Part shown: piece by piece, positions 1 through 11,345 of the stretch
How positions within the stretch are numbered: the stretch's first letter is position 1
Layout: the number at the start of each line of letters is the position of its first letter
DNA from: Candidatus Omnitrophota bacterium
GTDB lineage: Bacteria; Omnitrophota; Gorgyraeia; JAFGHF01
Assembly: GCA_020341815.1 (NCBI GenBank)
Contig: CP070837.1
Coordinates: 1,108,575-1,172,574 of the forward strand
DNA: 64,000 nucleotides
Direction: 5' to 3'
The notes under the pieces: model-generated
What the model saw: only the letters and a program-made list of their open reading frames with translations
What the model was told of the DNA's origin: nothing
The model's database searches: none
Translations under genes and position numbers: made by a program

Positions 1-1
1 T

Positions 2-784
2 TTAAGGGAAGACTTTGATAAATTTGGGGAGATGTTAATAGGTAAGGTTTATGCCGGGTGGGAAGATTTTCCTGGACTGCAATCGGAATTTAAAAAAAGA
101 GGTATAGAGCCCATTTATGTTCTTACAAAAAGAAGAAGAAAAAGAGAAAATGGAAGCATGGATATTAGAGCTCGGAAAAATAGCGCTGATATTGCACTGT
201 CTTTAGATGCGCAAGATATATTAATGGGCCGAGCAGATATAAATTCCTTTATTTTTGTAACGGGAGACAGAGACTTTTTAGATATCATCTCAAGATGCAA
301 GCAACACGGCAAAACTATAATTATTTATGGTGTAGGATATACTATAAGTAGAGATTTGCAGAGACAAGCAGATAAAGTAGTTCAAATCGAGAAATTGTTT
401 GGGTTATCGCCAACGGGAAAGCCGTCTCCTAGGCTTGATAAACCAGATTCTCCGGATTTTGATTGGGGACCTTTTGTAAAAACTTTAGATCAAATTGAAA
501 AATCAATTCCTTTTGTAGGTCTTAAGTATTTTAGAGATAAAATACTAGGTCCTTCAGTTGGTTCGGAATACGATTTAGCATCTAAAGCGCAGTTATTAAA
601 TGAGGCTATTGCTCAGGAGATAATTATAGTTGGGAAAGTTGCCAATAAAGGGAATATGCCATTTCCGGTTACCGCAATTAAGCTAAATAGAGAATGTCCG
701 GTTGTAAAAAGTATATTATCTGAAGAAATTGTAGTAGAAGCTGAAGAAATTGCCAGGACTGAAGAAACAGAAAATAAGTCTTGA
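2..784 (+). CDS. NYN/LabA (DUF88, PIN-like) domain protein, 5'-truncated by the window
   Basis: The frame is open from base 2. Motifs KNSADIALSLDA and FIFVTGDRDF..G are typical of NYN domains. The gene is visibly more AT-rich than its neighbours. Confidence 0.8.
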   Translation, partial: LREDFDKFGEMLIGKVYAGWEDFPGLQSEFKKRGIEPIYVLTKRRRKRENGSMDIRARKNSADIALSLDAQDILMGRADINSFIFVTGDRDFLDIISRCKQHGKTIIIYGVGYTISRDLQRQADKVVQIEKLFGLSPTGKPSPRLDKPDSPDFDWGPFVKTLDQIEKSIPFVGLKYFRDKILGPSVGSEYDLASKAQLLNEAIAQEIIIVGKVANKGNMPFPVTAIKLNRECPVVKSILSEEIVVEAEEIARTEETENKS

Positions 785-809
785 CAAGCATTGTTTTGTA
801 GTGTATACT
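781..809 (+). promoter_or_regulatory. Sigma70-type promoter overlapping the NYN stop codon
   Basis: TTGACA (781-786), 17-nt spacer, TATACT (804-809). Confidence 0.7.
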
Positions 810-862
810 TAACAAAGCTGCGGACATTAGTCTGCGGCAGTATTTAATTAGATTAAGTTAGA

Positions 863-890
863 TAAAAGAGCCTCGAATGAGGCTCTTTTA
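863..890. terminator. Bidirectional intrinsic terminator
   Basis: TAAAAGAGCCTC-GAAT-GAGGCTCTTTTA, a perfect 12-bp inverted repeat. Confidence 0.8.
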
Positions 891-938
891 CATTTTAGCA
901 TAGCTAAAGTTAAATAGGAAAACAGATTTAAATAACGC

Positions 939-966
939 TTTACAGACGGTAAAATTTTGGTATAAT
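939..966 (+). promoter_or_regulatory. Promoter for nagA-glmS-rsmI
   Basis: TTTACA (939-944), 16-nt spacer, extended -10 TGgTATAAT (958-966). Confidence 0.6.
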
Positions 967-1005
967 ATTAAAAATAAGCCCAAGGGGATATAGCCCCTTA
1001 TTTTT

Positions 1006-2100
1006 ATGAACAAACTCTACATTACCAATGCCAGGATTGTTTTGCCGGATAAAGTCATTCCTCGAGGGACGATAATAACCGAAGGCAAAAGGATAACCGG
1101 CATCCGTAGAGGCAAATCCACTCCCCCCGCTTTAGCTAAAAAAATCGATGCCCGGGGGAATTTTGCAGCTCCAGGTTTTATCGACCTGCATATCCACGGC
1201 GATATAGAGAAGATTTCCCGCCAGCAGGTCAAAGGGGGGACAATTGGATTTTTGGCTACGCTGCACCCGGCAAAAGCAAAGGCCCTGCTGGAAAATATTT
1301 CAGAGGCCTTAACCCAAAAAGCCCATGGCGCCAAAGTCTTAGGTATCCGCCTGGAAGGCCCCTTCTTAAACCGCAGCTTTTGCGGAGCCCTGCCGCGCCA
1401 AGCTCTTCGCCCGCCGGATACGAGCGAGATGAAAGCAATCATTAAGCGAGCGCACGGCGCCTTAAAGATGGTAATCCTGGCGCCGGAATTAAAGAATGCG
1501 CTCGAGTTAATCCGCTTATTGAAAAGGAATAATATCGTTCCTTCCATAGGACATACGGGCGCAACCTATGAAGAGGCCGAAAGAGGCATTGATTGCGGCA
1601 TAACGGAGGCTGCGCACACCTTTAATCGTATGCGTGGTTTCGACCACCGCTCCTCCGGGGCTTTAGAGGCGGTATTAATGGATAGCCGTATTGATTGTGA
1701 GGTAATTGCCGACGGGATACATGTTCATCCGGCGCTGCTCGCTTTATTATTAAAGTGCAAGGGCGCAGATAAAGTTTCGCTGATAACCGATTCCACTGCG
1801 GCTCAAAAGTACCCCCTTAAAAAGCGCTCGGGCTCAATATTCAAATTAAAAGACGGCACGTTATACGGGACGGCGCTGACTTTAAATAAAGCCTTGAAAA
1901 ATATCATAAGATTTCTGGATTTAAGTATGCCCGAGGCGGTAAAGATGGTTACGCTTAATCCGGCAAGGATTTTGAAGATAGACAGGAAAAAGGGGAGCAT
2001 CGCCGTCGGCAAAGACGCCGACATCGTTATTTTTGATAAGAACTTTAATGTGAAGATGACTATGGTTGAAGGGGAGGTAAAATACAAATGTGCGGCATAG
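1006..2100 (+). CDS. nagA: N-acetylglucosamine-6-phosphate deacetylase
   Basis: PGFIDLHIHG, LEGPFL, HTFNRM, IADGIHVHP and the C-terminal KGSIAVGKDADIV motif. Confidence 0.9.
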   Translation: MNKLYITNARIVLPDKVIPRGTIITEGKRITGIRRGKSTPPALAKKIDARGNFAAPGFIDLHIHGDIEKISRQQVKGGTIGFLATLHPAKAKALLENISEALTQKAHGAKVLGIRLEGPFLNRSFCGALPRQALRPPDTSEMKAIIKRAHGALKMVILAPELKNALELIRLLKRNNIVPSIGHTGATYEEAERGIDCGITEAAHTFNRMRGFDHRSSGALEAVLMDSRIDCEVIADGIHVHPALLALLLKCKGADKVSLITDSTAAQKYPLKKRSGSIFKLKDGTLYGTALTLNKALKNIIRFLDLSMPEAVKMVTLNPARILKIDRKKGSIAVGKDADIVIFDKNFNVKMTMVEGEVKYKCAA

Positions 2101-3953
2101 TCGGATATATCGGCAAGCGCAATGCCCAGGAAGTCTTGATTAAGGGCTTGCGCCGCCTGGAATATCGCGGTTATGATTCTGCGGGCGTGGCTATCCTTAG
2201 CGATAAAGTCGGCAAAAGGCCGAGTCGCCTCCAGATTGAAAAACGCGCCGGGAAGTTAGGGATTTTGGAGAATATTCTGACCCAGAAGCCCCTTGCGGGA
2301 AATCTGGGTATAAGTCATGTGCGCTGGGCCACGCACGGCATCCCCAATACCAAAAACGCCCATCCTCATTGGTGCTGTGCTAACCGCATCGCCCTGGTGC
2401 ATAATGGGATTATTGAAAATTACGAAGAGCTGAAGGAATCTTTGATAAAAGAAGGGCATAAGTTTCGTTCCCAGACGGATACCGAGGTCCTGGTGCATCT
2501 TGTGGAGAAGTTTTATCAGGCTAATTTAGAGGAAGCCATAAGGCGCGCTTTGAAGCTGGTGCGCGGGGCGTATGCTATTTCGGTAATTTGTAAAGACGAG
2601 CCCGATAAATTGGTAGGCGCCCGATGCGGCAGTCCTTTAATTGCAGGAACAGGCGAGGAGGAAGGTTTTTTGGCCAGTGATATCCCGGCACTTCTGGATT
2701 ATACCAATGAGGTTACTCTGCTGGATGAAGGAGAGATAGCGGTGCTTACTCCCCGAGGATTAGAGGTGCAGAACTTAAAAAAAGACATCCTGAACAAAGA
2801 AAAGATAAAGATAAGCTGGGATGCGGCGCAGGCGGAAAAAGAGGGTTTTCCGCATTTTATGCTTAAGGAAATCCACGAGCAGCCGCGGGCCATCACCAAT
2901 ACCCTGATGGGGCGGATTTCCGAGGATAAGGAAAAGGTCCTTCTTCCGGAGCTCAAATCCTTAGAGAAGTTTTTTGCCTCTATGGAAAAGATAGTAATTA
3001 TCAGCTGCGGCACGGCCTGGCATGCGGGATTAGTAGGTAAATATCTGATTGAAGAATTCGCGCGTATCCCCGTCGAGGTAGATATAGCCAGTGAATTTCG
3101 CTACCGCAATCCTATTCTTAATGATAAAACCTTAGTCGTTGCCATTACCCAGTCGGGTGAGACCGCCGATACCTTAGCCGGCTTGCACGCAGCTAAAAAT
3201 AGCGGCGCAAAGATACTCTCAATCTGTAATGTGTTAGGCAGCTCTATCCCCCGGGAGTCAGATGCGGTAATTTATACCCACGCCGGCCCTGAGATTGCGG
3301 TTGCCTCCACCAAGGCCTACACCTGCCAATTAGCTGTTCTTTATCTTTTTGCATTTTATCTGGCAAGTTTAAAAAATCCCTCATATTTTACCAAACCTCA
3401 TTCGCTAAAGGATTATCTTACGAATTTAGAAAATATCCCCGCAAAGATAGAGGAGTTCTTAAACAATAAAGACAACAAAAAGGTTATTCGGCAGTGTACC
3501 CGTCGCTACCATCGCTCTTTCGGTTTTCTTTATCTGGGGCGCTCTTTAAACTTTCCTACGGCATTGGAAGGGGCTTTGAAGATTAAGGAGATCTCTTATA
3601 TTCACGCCGAAGGTTACGGAGCGGGTGAGATGAAGCATGGGCCCATTGCCTTGATTAATCCGCATCTTCCGGTAGTCTGCATCGCCCCCGGCGACAGTGT
3701 TTATGAAAAGATGCTTTCCAATATCGAGGAGATTAAGGCCCGCAAGGGAATAGTTATTTCTGTGGCCACAGAAGGTGATAAGTTTATCTCTCATCACTCC
3801 AATCATGTTATTTATCTGCCCCGAATAAATCCGGTTTTTTCACCCTTCTTAACAGTAGTGCCGCTTCAGCTCTTAGCTTATTATATCGCCGCAAAACGCG
3901 GCTGTGATATCGACCGGCCAAAGAACCTGGCAAAATCGGTTACCGTTGAATAA
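2088..3953 (+). CDS. glmS: Glutamine--fructose-6-phosphate transaminase
   Basis: N-terminal MCGIVGY, LEYRGYDSAG, RWATHG, and C-terminal PKNLAKSVTVE. Confidence 0.98.
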   Translation: MCGIVGYIGKRNAQEVLIKGLRRLEYRGYDSAGVAILSDKVGKRPSRLQIEKRAGKLGILENILTQKPLAGNLGISHVRWATHGIPNTKNAHPHWCCANRIALVHNGIIENYEELKESLIKEGHKFRSQTDTEVLVHLVEKFYQANLEEAIRRALKLVRGAYAISVICKDEPDKLVGARCGSPLIAGTGEEEGFLASDIPALLDYTNEVTLLDEGEIAVLTPRGLEVQNLKKDILNKEKIKISWDAAQAEKEGFPHFMLKEIHEQPRAITNTLMGRISEDKEKVLLPELKSLEKFFASMEKIVIISCGTAWHAGLVGKYLIEEFARIPVEVDIASEFRYRNPILNDKTLVVAITQSGETADTLAGLHAAKNSGAKILSICNVLGSSIPRESDAVIYTHAGPEIAVASTKAYTCQLAVLYLFAFYLASLKNPSYFTKPHSLKDYLTNLENIPAKIEEFLNNKDNKKVIRQCTRRYHRSFGFLYLGRSLNFPTALEGALKIKEISYIHAEGYGAGEMKHGPIALINPHLPVVCIAPGDSVYEKMLSNIEEIKARKGIVISVATEGDKFISHHSNHVIYLPRINPVFSPFLTVVPLQLLAYYIAAKRGCDIDRPKNLAKSVTVE

Positions 3954-4615
3954 TGCTCTATATTGTCTCTACGCCTATAGGAAATCTTAAAGATATCACG
4001 CTGCGCGCCTTAGAGGTGCTTAAGGCCGTGCAGCTGATTGCCGCAGAGGATACCCGGCACACCCGCAAGCTCCTTACTCATTACGGGATTCGCACAGCTT
4101 TAACCAGTTATTTTGAGCATAATAAGTTTACCAAGGGGCCGCATCTTGTGCATCTGTTAAAAGAGGGCAAGGATATCGCTTTAGTTACCGATAGCGGCAC
4201 GCCCGGTATCTCCGACCCCGGATACCGGTTGATTCAATTAGCTATCGAAAATGAAGTGCCTATTACCGCTATTCCCGGCCCAACCGCTTTGATTGATGCC
4301 TTGGTCTTATCGGGACTGGCTACCGACAGATTTATCTTTGAGGGGTATCTGCCCGTAAAAGGCGGCGCGCGCAAAAAGAGATTAGAGGAAATCAAGGATG
4401 AGAAAAGGACGGTTATCTTTTATGAGTCACCCCATCGCTTAATCAAATCCTTACAGGATATTCAAGAGGTTTTAGGCCAAAGAGAGATAGTCGTCTTACG
4501 CGAGCTGACCAAAAAGTTCGAACAGATACTTCGGGGGAGTGCTGCTTCTATTTTAGAGCATTTCCAAAAACATCCGATTAAAGGAGAGTTTGTAATTATA
4601 ATAAAGAAAAAATAA
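3953..4615 (+). CDS. rsmI: 16S rRNA (cytidine-1402-2'-O)-methyltransferase
   Basis: LYIVSTPIGNL.DITLRA, AEDTR, DSGTPGISDPG, FYESPHR. Confidence 0.95.
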   Translation: MLYIVSTPIGNLKDITLRALEVLKAVQLIAAEDTRHTRKLLTHYGIRTALTSYFEHNKFTKGPHLVHLLKEGKDIALVTDSGTPGISDPGYRLIQLAIENEVPITAIPGPTALIDALVLSGLATDRFIFEGYLPVKGGARKKRLEEIKDEKRTVIFYESPHRLIKSLQDIQEVLGQREIVVLRELTKKFEQILRGSAASILEHFQKHPIKGEFVIIIKKK

Positions 4616-4648
4616 TAATTATCGATTAATAAATATTTTAGACGAGGC

Positions 4649-4672
4649 GGGCTAAAAATATAGCCCTTTTTT
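4649..4672 (+). terminator. Probable intrinsic terminator after rsmI
   Basis: GGGCTA-AAAATA-TAGCCC followed by a T run. Confidence 0.5.
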
Positions 4673-4688
4673 ATTTTATAGAAGGCCA

Positions 4689-7600
4689 ATGGGTAAAAAG
4701 AAACATAAAAAACAAGATACGCTCTGGATATGGTTATTGGCGCTAGTAGCGATACTTTTTATCGCTTTTGTTGCTTTGATGCTCTCTGCCAGCTTAAGAC
4801 ACAATGCAGCCTTTGGCTCATTGCATCTTCCCGAACCAAAACTCGCCCAAAGAGAATTTCACCCGCCAATTCTTAAAAGCCTCATTGTCAATCCCGAGTC
4901 CCGAAATAACTATTTTAGCTTTATCCTGGATACGGGAGAGAGGGCTTCATCTGATAAGGCTCAGCTTGAGCCGGAGGTAAGAGATCTTATCCATCACTTT
5001 TTCTTAGGGGTGACCCTGCCTTCGGAAGACTTCTGGGTTAACTTAAACTTCAGCCAGGAGGACAGGATAACCAGCCCCCGCTTAGGCCTGACTGATGCCG
5101 GAAAGATTCTGCTTGAGGCGGACCTGAAGTTAAAGAAGGATGTTGCTTATCTTACCGATCCGCGCCACGCAACAGGGGCGGAATACTGGCGTATTCTTAA
5201 TGAGGAAATCCAAAAATTAAGGCTCGTTAATCCCCGTATCCCTCAGGCGAACCGTGTCTGGATAGTGCCTGATGAGGTAATGGTGGAGGAAGAAAATGAT
5301 ACTTTTACCATAACACGTGCAAGACTCAAAGTCTGCCTGGAATCGGATTATCTGGCCAAATATGAGAATAATTATATCTATCAGAATGAAGAAGAAAAAC
5401 GCCTGATAGATTGCGCCAGAAAGGCAATGGAAGGGGCGGTGTTACCGTTCTTAGAACGGGAAGTCAATTACGGTATTGCTTATGCCCCCTTGCGCCAGGT
5501 GTATCACAGCTTAATCTTAGCGGAGTGTTATAAAAGAAGATATTGGGGTAAAAAGGGATTTTTCCCCAGCACCGTCAATCAAGGTTATTTAGAAGGCCTT
5601 CACTCAAAAACCCCCTGGAGCAAAAAAGGCTATTTTGATGCCTATGTGCGCTCAGTCAGCCAGGGGGAATATTCCTTCCGGCGCACGGAGTTCGACCCCT
5701 ATCAATTTGATATGATAAAGAAGCAGTATGTTTCGGGAGGGATAAAATTGTTTTTCACCAAAGGCTTGAATATTGAGCCAGTTAAACTATCTCCGCAGAA
5801 AAGCCATTCCTCGCCAATTGTATCTGATAATAATGGACTTCTGCAGGCGGTTGCTGTATTCAACGATTGTAATCCTGAAGATATCTGGAAATCAACCATA
5901 GGATTAGCTAAATTAACCCAGTCCGAGGACCCAACTTCAATTGTTTCTTCACCGGCTCTTGGGCGACTAGAAGAAAGATTAGCGAAACGGCTAGAGAAGA
6001 TTCAACCACCAGATCCTCAGCTTAGTGCAGAAGTTCGGAGTTTTCTTGAATCGCAAGCAGTCTTTAATCCAAGCAAACTCATTGCCCAAAAGTTTGATGA
6101 AGGATGCCAAGTTATAATAATGGGCGAATCTCGGCATCTTTCACCAGTTCAACACGGTTATATAGCACAGTTGATTTTGCAACTCGCAGCCAAAGAGCAA
6201 ATTACGCATGTTCTGCTCGAACGACGTAAATGGACGCAAGAGGCCATAGAGCACTATCTTGATACAGGAGAAATTCTCGATTCCCTTAGAGATGATGTGA
6301 ATCGAGAAATATACCGAAATCCATCCTATTACGCAATTCTTGAAGCGATACGACAGGTAAGATTGCAAGAATATGACATTCAAGTAATTGCTTTTGATGT
6401 CCGCAATGAAGAGACCGCCGGTTCGACAGAAGTTGAAAAAGAAATGGCAGACTATATCTTAGAAAAAATCGACTTTAACTCAGGAGTAGTAAAAGCTCTT
6501 ATTCATACAGGAGGAGGGCATGCATGGCTAAACGACAAAGAAGGAAAGTTACTTTTAGCAGGTTGGCTTGATAAATATTTGCCGGGAAAAGTAAGCCGAA
6601 TATTATGCTTGGAGCAAAATGGCTTAGTGCGCTATCGAACCATAGATAGACTATTTGGGCCGCTTGGTCCGCAAGAATTGGATAAAGCTATTGAGGGGTC
6701 TCATTTTGAAAGTCAGCCATTTATAATAGATAATCTTAAGGAATCTCCATTGTCTCAAGTTAGATTTACAATGGATAGGCCTCTATCTCTGGAGAATTCG
6801 CTTGGGGTGTATGATGGCCTCATTTATATTTCTTGGCCTATGGGCTTCGATCTTACTAAATCTCCTTTTGCGCCAGAAAGTCCTTATTTGGGAGCTGAAG
6901 GAGTGCTGGATTGGACAATCCCATCAATCAAGGCCGACTCTTTACCAATAGAGGGGCAAGATTCAGATAGGGGCGGGGTTGATTTTAATAGGATTTCCTC
7001 AATCTATTCCCCTGCAAAGAAAGTAATCCTTGTAGTTGATGATAATGGGAAAGAGCGAAAGAAGTTTGTCGATGCTCTCCAAAAGGAAGGTTACCATACT
7101 TTAACTGCCGGCGGCATGCAAGAGGCTTTAGCTATATTAGAGGAAAAAAGGGTCGATGCGATATTAACCGATATGATCATGTCTAATGGAACAGGTCTTG
7201 AATTAGCGGAAGCCGCAAAAGGGCTTAATCCGGAACTGTTAATTATAATTCATAGCGGAGAAACTGTCGATAACTTGCAAAATATAATTACTAGAAGATC
7301 ACTAGATGTTACGTATTGTAATAAAGGAGATTTCCCGAAGACAGTTGAGCTGATTAAGAAGAAATTAGAAGAGTCTAATGTTTCTTCGCCTTCAATGCAA
7401 GATAGAAGCGTTAAATTGAAAAGGTTTAAGGAAGATTTCAAAAGGGAAATAGATGATTTGCTTAATTCTGTGCGGGCGAATAGTAAGGTTTATCCCTTCT
7501 TAAAGGAAATTGTTGGAAAAATAGATGAAATATATGAAGAAGATACGAAAGATATATTAGATATGGCACTTGAAAAAGTGCTACAGCCCTTTAATATAGG

Positions 7601-8342
7601 TTATCCACCGGATCTTCAGAGGCACGATTGGGAACAATTTTTAACGCTAAAAACGCTGCAAGCCGATAATGATTACGGGCCTATTCAATTAATTACAATG
7701 GTGAAACGCAATGCAGAAGTTAATATCGAAAATCTGGTTGATTGCTTAGAAGAGGGATGGGGGAAAGATAAGACAAAAAAAGCTACAACGCTGGCGCAAG
7801 ATACCTTTGAGCAAGCTTACCTTTTAAGAAAAGTCTTGGGTATAATTGAAAATGAGCCTCTATCTTCCCCTGCCCGGGCTAATGCGAAGAAAACCAGGGA
7901 ATTAGAAGTTGAAGCCTGGCGCCTGGTGGAATCTTTCAAGGAGAACCTACGGCTTTTGATAATAAAGCTTGAGGATCTTGAAGAAGCGTATCGTGATAAT
8001 GAATGGAAGGCCCAAGTCGAACGGATAAACAAGGAGATTTCAGAAATTTATAGCCAGCTTAATACAGCGATGGCCAAATTAATAAACATTATTAAGAGCA
8101 TGGAAGATCCGGGAACGAAAAAGACGTTTATGGAAAAATTAAAAGCGATTAAGGTTGATGTAAATATAGTAAAGCAGCAGTTGACAGAAGATGAAAAGAT
8201 ATCTTTTGTCGAAGAAGCGTTTTATAAGGCTTTAGACGGATATCTGTCTTCGGGTGACTTTGTCGGGGCTAAATCTTCCCCTGTCCAGGATACGGGCGTA
8301 GCCGGAATTGACCTGCGCAGGATGGAGATTAAGGCAAAATAA
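4689..8342 (+). CDS. Membrane-anchored or secreted mosaic protein: N-terminal domain, EreA/ChaN/TIKI-like module, receiver (REC) domain and helical modules
   Basis: N-terminal hydrophobic helix; VIIMGESRH motif; REC motif VILVVDD...ILTDMIMSNGTGLEL; recurring SSP linkers; GGVDF and AGIDL motifs. Confidence 0.7.
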   Translation: MGKKKHKKQDTLWIWLLALVAILFIAFVALMLSASLRHNAAFGSLHLPEPKLAQREFHPPILKSLIVNPESRNNYFSFILDTGERASSDKAQLEPEVRDLIHHFFLGVTLPSEDFWVNLNFSQEDRITSPRLGLTDAGKILLEADLKLKKDVAYLTDPRHATGAEYWRILNEEIQKLRLVNPRIPQANRVWIVPDEVMVEEENDTFTITRARLKVCLESDYLAKYENNYIYQNEEEKRLIDCARKAMEGAVLPFLEREVNYGIAYAPLRQVYHSLILAECYKRRYWGKKGFFPSTVNQGYLEGLHSKTPWSKKGYFDAYVRSVSQGEYSFRRTEFDPYQFDMIKKQYVSGGIKLFFTKGLNIEPVKLSPQKSHSSPIVSDNNGLLQAVAVFNDCNPEDIWKSTIGLAKLTQSEDPTSIVSSPALGRLEERLAKRLEKIQPPDPQLSAEVRSFLESQAVFNPSKLIAQKFDEGCQVIIMGESRHLSPVQHGYIAQLILQLAAKEQITHVLLERRKWTQEAIEHYLDTGEILDSLRDDVNREIYRNPSYYAILEAIRQVRLQEYDIQVIAFDVRNEETAGSTEVEKEMADYILEKIDFNSGVVKALIHTGGGHAWLNDKEGKLLLAGWLDKYLPGKVSRILCLEQNGLVRYRTIDRLFGPLGPQELDKAIEGSHFESQPFIIDNLKESPLSQVRFTMDRPLSLENSLGVYDGLIYISWPMGFDLTKSPFAPESPYLGAEGVLDWTIPSIKADSLPIEGQDSDRGGVDFNRISSIYSPAKKVILVVDDNGKERKKFVDALQKEGYHTLTAGGMQEALAILEEKRVDAILTDMIMSNGTGLELAEAAKGLNPELLIIIHSGETVDNLQNIITRRSLDVTYCNKGDFPKTVELIKKKLEESNVSSPSMQDRSVKLKRFKEDFKREIDDLLNSVRANSKVYPFLKEIVGKIDEIYEEDTKDILDMALEKVLQPFNIGYPPDLQRHDWEQFLTLKTLQADNDYGPIQLITMVKRNAEVNIENLVDCLEEGWGKDKTKKATTLAQDTFEQAYLLRKVLGIIENEPLSSPARANAKKTRELEVEAWRLVESFKENLRLLIIKLEDLEEAYRDNEWKAQVERINKEISEIYSQLNTAMAKLINIIKSMEDPGTKKTFMEKLKAIKVDVNIVKQQLTEDEKISFVEEAFYKALDGYLSSGDFVGAKSSPVQDTGVAGIDLRRMEIKAK

Positions 8343-8400
8343 CCCTTGATCCGCCAAAGTGCTACTGCGAGATCTGCGAAAAATTATTACATAATTTTTC

Positions 8401-8429
8401 TTGACAAAAGGGGATAGATGTGGTATAGT
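8401..8429 (+). promoter_or_regulatory. pyr operon promoter
   Basis: TTGACA (8401-8406), 17-nt spacer, extended -10 TGgTATAGT. Confidence 0.75.
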
Positions 8430-8443
8430 TTAAAGCACAATTT

Positions 8444-9109
<666 letters not shown>

Positions 9110-9111
9110 CT

Positions 9112-10044
9112 ATGATTAAATGGCAGAGAAAAGACTTAGTAGGCCTTGAGGACTTAAGTAAAGAGGAAATAGAGCTTATCTTGTCCACGGCGGAGTCGTT
9201 TAAAGAGGTCTCTGCGCGGGCAATTAAGAAAGTCCCGGCCCTGCGGGGTAAAACGGTAGTAAACCTGTTTTATGAGCCCTCCACAAGGACAAGGGTTTCT
9301 TTTGAGGTGGCCGCCAAGAGGCTTTCTGCGGATGTAATCAATATCTCTACGGAAACCTCCAGCGTCAAGAAGGGTGAGACCTTGATTGATACAGGGAAAA
9401 ATATCCAGGCCTTAAACGCCGATATTATCGTTATCAGGCATAATTCCTCAGGGGCTGCGGCAATGCTGGCGCGCAATGTGGATATCAGCGTGGTTAATGC
9501 CGGCGACGGCTGGCATGAACACCCCACCCAGGCGCTTTTAGATATCTTTACCCTTAAGGAAAAATTAGGCAGGATAAAAGGGTTAAACGTCAGTATTGTG
9601 GGAGACATCGCCCATTCGCGGGTAGCCCGCTCCAATATCTGGGGCCTGACCAAGTTAGGGGCCAAGGTAACCGTCTGCGCCCCCAAGGTGCTTATCCCTC
9701 CGGGCATTGAGGAGATGGGTGTAGTCGTTACCGATAATATAGATGAGGCCTTAAAGAAGGCAGATGCGGTGAATATCCTGCGCATGCAGTTTGAGCGCGA
9801 TGAAGGCACAGCTTTTCCTGAGCAGCTGGAATATTTTAAGGCCTTCGGGGTTACGCGGGAGCGCCTGCAAAAGGCGAAAAAGGATATCGTTGTTATGCAT
9901 CCCGGTCCGCTTAATCGGGGGGTTGAGATATCCAGCGAAGTAGCCGACGGGACAAACTCGGTGATTTTAGAGCAGGTTACCAATGGCATTGCCGTTCGGA
10001 TGGCGGTGCTTTTTCTGGTGGCCCAGGGCAGAGATAAAAAATGA
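9112..10044 (+). CDS. pyrB: Aspartate carbamoyltransferase catalytic subunit
   Basis: [31 protein letters not shown]. Confidence 0.97.
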   Translation: MIKWQRKDLVGLEDLSKEEIELILSTAESFKEVSARAIKKVPALRGKTVVNLFYEPSTRTRVSFEVAAKRLSADVINISTETSSVKKGETLIDTGKNIQALNADIIVIRHNSSGAAAMLARNVDISVVNAGDGWHEHPTQALLDIFTLKEKLGRIKGLNVSIVGDIAHSRVARSNIWGLTKLGAKVTVCAPKVLIPPGIEEMGVVVTDNIDEALKKADAVNILRMQFERDEGTAFPEQLEYFKAFGVTRERLQKAKKDIVVMHPGPLNRGVEISSEVADGTNSVILEQVTNGIAVRMAVLFLVAQGRDKK

Positions 10045-11315
10045 AGATACTGATTAAAAACGGGCGCGTAGTTGATCCGGCGAATAATCTGGATAAGGTG
10101 TGTGATATCCTGGTGGATAACGGTAAAATAGCCAGGGTTGCCGCTAAAATTGACTGCGCCGCTGAAAGCGTAATAGACGCTAAAGACAAAATCGTGATGC
10201 CGGGAATTATCGATATGCACGTGCATTTAAGAGAGCCCGGCCGTGAAGATAAAGAGACCGTTCTTACGGCAACGGAGGCGGCTCTGGCAGGAGGCATAAC
10301 CTCAGTTTTGGCTATGCCTAACACTACCCCCGCCATTGATTGTGCGGAAAACGTGAAATTATTAAAGTCTATTATAAAAAAGGATGCCCGCAATTTTGTA
10401 TTTATCGCCGGCGCTATAACGCGCGCTCGCCAGGGAGAAGAGGTAACCGATACGGCTAAATTGAAAAAGGAAGGGGTGCTGGCGCTTACCGATGATGGCT
10501 CATCCGTAGATAAGGATGAGGTTTTTCTTGAGGCCTTAAGAGAGGCCAAAAAGAGTAAATTATTAATAATATGCCACAGCGAGGACAAAACGCTTTCGGC
10601 AGATGGCGCGGTTAATTTAGGGATTACCTCAACGCGTATGGGCTTGCGGGGGATTTCCCGCGAGTCGGAATACAAGCGGGTAGAAAGAGATATTGCATTG
10701 GCTCGCGAGGCCTCCTGCCCGGTTCATATCGCCCATATAAGCTGCAAAGAATCCGTAGAGATAATTCGCCGGGCCAGGAAAAAAGGGATAAAAGTGACCT
10801 GTGAGACCGCCCCGCATTATTTCGCCTTGAATGAAGAGGCGGTTTTGGGATTTGATACAAATATGAAAATGAACCCTCCCCTGCGCGCTCAGGAAGATGT
10901 CCAGGCTATAAAGCAGGGTTTAGCCGACGGAACAATTGATGCGATTGCCTCGGACCACGCCCCGCATACGGAGAATGAAAAAGATATTGAGTTTGAACGG
11001 GCGCAGTTTGGGGTAATTGGCCTTGAGACTGAAGGCGCAGTAGCGATTACGGAGCTGGTGGATAAAGGGATTTTGGATTGGAAAGGTTTAGTGCGCAAGT
11101 TATCCGTTAATCCTGCTAAAATCTTAGGGATAAATAAAGGCAGTTTAGGTAAAGGCAGTGATGCGGATATCGTTATAATTTCACCGCAGAAGAAGTGGAC
11201 GGTTCAGAGGGATAAATTTCTCTCCAAGTCAAAAAATTCACCTTTTATTGGCAGAACGCTCAAAGGTGTAGTAGAATATACTATATGTGGGGGCAAGGTA
11301 GCTTTTAGTCGCTAG
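10041..11315 (+). CDS. pyrC: Dihydroorotase
   Basis: [32 protein letters not shown]. Confidence 0.96.
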   Translation: MKILIKNGRVVDPANNLDKVCDILVDNGKIARVAAKIDCAAESVIDAKDKIVMPGIIDMHVHLREPGREDKETVLTATEAALAGGITSVLAMPNTTPAIDCAENVKLLKSIIKKDARNFVFIAGAITRARQGEEVTDTAKLKKEGVLALTDDGSSVDKDEVFLEALREAKKSKLLIICHSEDKTLSADGAVNLGITSTRMGLRGISRESEYKRVERDIALAREASCPVHIAHISCKESVEIIRRARKKGIKVTCETAPHYFALNEEAVLGFDTNMKMNPPLRAQEDVQAIKQGLADGTIDAIASDHAPHTENEKDIEFERAQFGVIGLETEGAVAITELVDKGILDWKGLVRKLSVNPAKILGINKGSLGKGSDADIVIISPQKKWTVQRDKFLSKSKNSPFIGRTLKGVVEYTICGGKVAFSR

Positions 11316-11345
11316 TCGCTTGTATCTAGTATCTTGTGAAAAACA

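Noticed and set aside
967-1005. glmS ribozyme upstream of nagA-glmS
   Set aside because: The leader is too short and holds only a small AAGGGG/CCCCTT hairpin; no ribozyme core is recognisable.
9270-10675. Long minus-strand ORFs (318 and 232 aa) and other antisense or alternative-frame ORFs
   Set aside because: They are shadows of well-supported + strand genes such as pyrB and pyrC, with no recognisable motifs.
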